From NCBI GenBank assembly GCA_002269645.1, contig NIVC01002565.1:1-64000 (forward strand): a stretch of 64,000 nt of DNA. The letters run 5' to 3'. The notes beneath the pieces are model-generated. The model searched no databases. It saw only the letters and a program-made list of their open reading frames with translations, and had not been told where the DNA came from. The first letter of the stretch is position 1; every line of letters starts with the position of its first letter. The DNA comes from Macrostomum lignano (taxonomy: Eukaryota). Positions 60,060-64,000 of the stretch are shown here, in pieces. The position numbers and the translations under genes are program-made.

Positions 60060-62112
60060 TCATTCCTGCATGAACATGTCGAATCGAACCATGGCCTGCC
60101 GGTCGGCCTTGTCGTACACCGCGTTGTTCAAATTCTCCAGCCGGCACTCCACCATCACCAGGGTGTTTCTTGGCAGATTTTTAAATACGACGGCTACCAG
60201 AGGGGACCGGTAGTCCACCTGCTTCAGGTAAGGGAAGTATTCCTGGCTAAAGTAGCCGCTAGAGGTGCCATTGGCCCCCAGGCTTGGCTGATAGTCCGGC
60301 TGGCCGAGGTTCTCGTTATCGGCTGGGTTCTCGCCGACACAGCGCACTGTGGGGTGCGGCACAGCGGGGTCGATCGGGTCGGGCAGCCAGCCGAAGATGC
60401 GGTTGAGCTTCAGCACGACGCAGGGCCTGCCACCCGCATAGCCGAATCTGGAAGCAATTGTACATAGCATATGAATAAAAAAAGAGACCATTTATGGTAA
60501 GAGGACGCATCCATGGATAGAAGGACGGTACACTAGATTGTCTTAGAAATGAGCTTGAAGCCGGTAACAAATGTACGAAGGGTGTTGCAAAAGTTTCCGG
60601 ACAGTGTTCCCTTTGAACAGCAGGATTGTTTAAATATGTCAAAATTTTACCTACATTCTCTTTCACGTTTGTTTTATTGAAGAATAAAATCTCACAGCAA
60701 TACCATGCGCCTGCTACTTAATTTTTAACACGATTTTGAAGTTTGCAGAGGGGTCTATGGTTTATGTCTATGGCTTTTGTCTATGGCTTTTGTCTATGGC
60801 TTTTGTCTATGGCTATTGTCTATGGCCCAAATGCGTGCATGCGTGCTATTTGCAACGAACCTGTTTTCAGGCACACAGTCGGGCATCTGTTTGTCCCAAT
60901 CGAATGCGCACACCTTAGTCGGATCCACATCAGTGGCATTATCGCCGCACTCGCGCAGGTTAATCGGTTCGACGGCTTTCTTGTACTCCTTATACAATGC
61001 CTCCAGGTTGCTCACGTACTTCTGGTAGGTAGCGTTTTTTCCAGCGGTGAATTTAATTACAGAGCTCTCCGGCTGGGGCTGGGGCCGGAATCCCATGCCA
61101 GGGTTGAGCCTCAGCAGCGACTGATCGCCTGAAATCAAAATGCATTTTGGTGCATTACTTTGGGGTTCATGAGTTCACGAAACTTGGGGAATGTGAAGTT
61201 TGGGGTTCATGAGTTCACGAGACTTGTGGAATGTGAAGTTTGGGGTTGATGAGTTCACGAGACTTGGGGAATGTGAAGTTTGGGGTTCATGAGTTCACGA
61301 GACTTGTGGAATGTGAAGTTTGGGGTTGATGAGTTCACGAGACTTGGGGAATGTGAAGTTTGGGGTTCATGAGCTCACGAGACTTGGGGAATGTGAAGTT
61401 TGGGGTTCATGAGTTCACGAGACTTGGGGAATGTGAAGTTTGGGGCTCATGAGCTCACGAGACTTGTGGAATGTGAAGTTTGGGGTTCATGAGTTCACGA
61501 GACTTGGGGAATGTGAAGTTTGGGGCTCATGAGCTCACGAGACTTGTGGAATGTGAAGTTTGGGGTTCATGAGTTCACGAGACTTGGGGAATGTGAACTT
61601 TGGGGCTCATGAGCTCACGAGACTTGGGGAATTTAACCTTTGGGGTTCATGAGCTCACGAGACTTGGGGAACTTTGGGGTTCATGAGCTCACAAGACTTA
61701 GGGAACTTTGGGGTTCATGAGCTCACAAGACTTTGGGAACTTTGGGCTCATGAGCTCACGAGACTTGGGGAATGGGATGAAGTTCGGGTTTGCGAATGGA
61801 CCCCATGACCCTGTCTGTTGGTCTGACTCCGTAGGCAGGGACTCTCCCCACTCCTCAAAGCACGAACGGCTCACCAGTGAGATGGGGCCTTTCGTCCTGA
61901 ATGACGCCGAACAGGAACACGGAGAGCATTCCGGCGAAGAAGCCGGCCAGACAGGCGTAATAGATGGTGTAAAATATGGTGATCAGCAGCCAAGACCTGG
62001 GCGTGCGGCCGAAGCAAGTCCCGGCGTTTGAGTCGTACATGAAGCTGAAGCGACCCTTCGGGGCTTCCTTGTCTCCGTCGACCTCGTACTTGCCGCGTGT
62101 ACTGGCGCTCAT
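60060..62112 (-). CDS. ATP1B: Na+/K+-ATPase beta subunit (nervana-like), 297 aa
   Basis: complement(join(60060-60447,60861-61128,61875-62112)) = 894 nt, in phase. CFGRTPRSWLLITIFYTIYYACLAGFF (TM), NPGMGFRP, FGYAGGRPCVVLKLNRIFGWLP, YFPY, YRSPLVAV, VECR. Confidence 0.95.
60755..60828. repeat. 13-bp short tandem repeat (TGTCTATGGCTTT), beta-subunit intron 2
   Basis: About 5 copies. Confidence 0.8.
61160..61780. repeat. 40-bp minisatellite (GGAATGTGAAGTTTGGGGTTCATGAGTTCACGAGACTTGG), ~15 copies, beta-subunit intron 1
   Basis: Period of 40 (61191/61231). Confidence 0.95.
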
Positions 62113-62775
62113 TCCGTTTGTCAGAGGAGAAGCATGCAAGACACACAGGATTGAAGCGGTGAAACTGATGACGAAACAATAACAATACGCTAACATGCTA
62201 TTCCTTTGTAAAATTAAGAAAATGAAACACGACGCGTTTGCATAAATTCCAAACCACAATAAAGTAAAAAAGAGAGGTGGGCAAAGACAATAGGTCACAT
62301 GCTTTATTTCTGAAATAACTGCGTCAATACATAGCTCAAAATTGGCACAATCCATACCTTACTAAACAAAGAGCAAGAGAGCACAGGGAGGCTGGAACAA
62401 CAGTAAATTTTAAAAAAGTATTCACTGCTGTGATTTCATTCTACGGGTGAGATTCTTGAAATAATTATAAAATAGCGCAGAAAAGTAAAAAAATACACCA
62501 TGTTGATATTCTGCTCTCCATGCAGCATTCGCTTCCTGTTGCCGCAATGACTCTAATGACTATATATACTCGTACAAGCGTATAGTGTTGCAATTATTGT
62601 TTAAATCATTACAATCAGGCATATGAAGATTTCTGATTTAAACAAAAAATGTTTTATCGAAAGGTACTACATGAAGACGATTGAATTGGGATAGCAATCC
62701 ATAACACAATACCTGTTGTTAAGTACTCTTTAAAGCTGCTTGAATGCATAGAAGCTGTGCTATACAATAATAAAA

Positions 62776-63052
62776 ATAATTGATTACACCTGCCCCAGTT
62801 GAGCCAGATGTGCAGCCGACAGCTCAGCCGCAGCTATTGCGCGGCGCATCTGAATGCTGCGTACGGCTGTCCAGTCCAATGACTAAGGGGGGGGGGTCGC
62901 CACACACACCCTCAATTACCCCAGCTAATGCGGGCACCCATTTTACAGCTGGGTGAACTGAAGTAACGCAGAGTTAAGTGTCTTGCTCAAGGACACAAAT
63001 TGTTCCCAGTGGATCGAGAATCGAACCCCCGACCTTTCAGTCGTGAGTCCAA
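62776..63052 (-). mobile_element. tRNA-derived SINE family A, slightly 5'-truncated copy
   Basis: Matches 40960-41220 and the reverse complement of the 19043-19310 copy. Confidence 0.85.
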
Positions 63053-63087
63053 GGCTACGAGCTCGTACATACAGTAGTCTTATCGAA

Positions 63088-63380
63088 AATTCAACCTGGT
63101 TGACTACTTATTCAACCTGGTTGACTACTTATTCAACCTGGTTGACTACTTATTCAACCTGGTTGACTACTTATTCAACCTGGTTGACTGCTTATTCAAC
63201 CTGGTTAACTACTTATTCAACCTGGTTGACTGCTTATTCAACCTGGTTGACTACTTATTCAACCTGGTTGACTACTTATTAAACCTGGTTGACTACTTAT
63301 TCAACCTGGTTGACTGCTTATTCAACCTGGTTGACTGCATATTCAACCTGGTTGACTAATTATTCAACCTGGTTGACTGC
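63088..63380. repeat. 21-bp minisatellite (TTATTCAACCTGGTTGACTAC), ~14 copies, each with palindrome TCAACC-T-GGTTGA
   Basis: Direct inspection. Confidence 0.95.
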
Positions 63381-63411
63381 TGTCAACCGCCGTGCACGGC
63401 CTGTTGTAACT

Positions 63412-63637
63412 GCATGCTGGGCGGAGACTGAGCGTCAGTCAGCTTGGGGCTGCGAGTCGTCCACTACGCCATGGAGCAGCACGAACGGTGAAAACGGCGG
63501 TCAGCCGGGCGTAGAATGCGGTGTAGAACAGAATGATGCGCAGGCAGGACAGGGTGCGATTATTCCGGCTGTAGGCAAAGCGATAGAACTTGGTAATCTT
63601 GTCATTGATGATGATGTTGTTCTTTGCCTTCGGTCAT
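63412..63637 (-). pseudogene. Decayed 5' fragment of a Na+/K+-ATPase beta subunit paralog
   Basis: Reverse-strand translation across frameshifts: KFYRFAYSRNNRTLSCLRIILFYTAFYARLTAVF / FVLLHGVVDDSQP / KLTDAQS, aligning with RFSFMYDSNAGTCFGRTPRSWLLITIFYTIYYACLAGFF..VFLFGVIQDERPHLTGDQS of the intact neighbour. Confidence 0.75.
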
Positions 63638-64000
63638 TTTTGCTTGCAGTCTAGCCAATGGCGCTGCAATTAGGAGATAGTTGAATATTTCTTATTCATT
63701 GATGCTACTTAATTACTATAAAGCCTATTTATTGCTTTGATGCTTATAAACCTCATTCATGCAATCATGAAATTGTAATCTACAGATATAAAAAACTAAA
63801 AAACATTTTAAATCATTATATGATTTTGTATACTTATTTAGGAAAAAACCCATGGCAAAAACTAGGGCCGAGTAGCCATTTTAGGGTTCAGAAAAATTGG
63901 TAAATTAAAATCTTATAAACTGCTTTTCAGCGGCTACAATTGGCCTTCGAATTCATCGAAGGTCGGAACCCATTAGCTACCTTAAATATTAAATCTAGCG

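Overview
This is eukaryotic (metazoan) genomic DNA, not prokaryotic. It shows spliced genes with GT-AG introns, GC-rich exons, AT-rich intergenic blocks and a very high density of micro/minisatellites. The style suggests a free-living flatworm such as Macrostomum, but that is inference only. Hand-spliced genes: a DVE/SATB (Compass-class) double-homeobox gene (-), a Venus kinase receptor (VFT + TM + tyrosine kinase, 8 exons, +), an orphan secreted protein (+), a polypeptide GalNAc-transferase with five -1 homopolymer indels (-), an intronless class A GPCR (+), a two-pore K+ channel (-), a Na+/K+-ATPase beta subunit (-) and a decayed, apparently intron-less beta-subunit pseudogene. Mobile DNA includes two tRNA-derived SINE families, a MITE-like element and a solo LTR with a 4-bp TSD. 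The most striking structure is intron architecture. 13 of 14 introns longer than 400 bp contain a tandem array with an intron-specific unit. Five VKR introns fall within 642-709 bp, some arrays end in hairpins built from their own unit, and one array is made of GT..AG-bounded 21-mers encoding in-frame heptads. All alignments were done by eye; no database searches were run.
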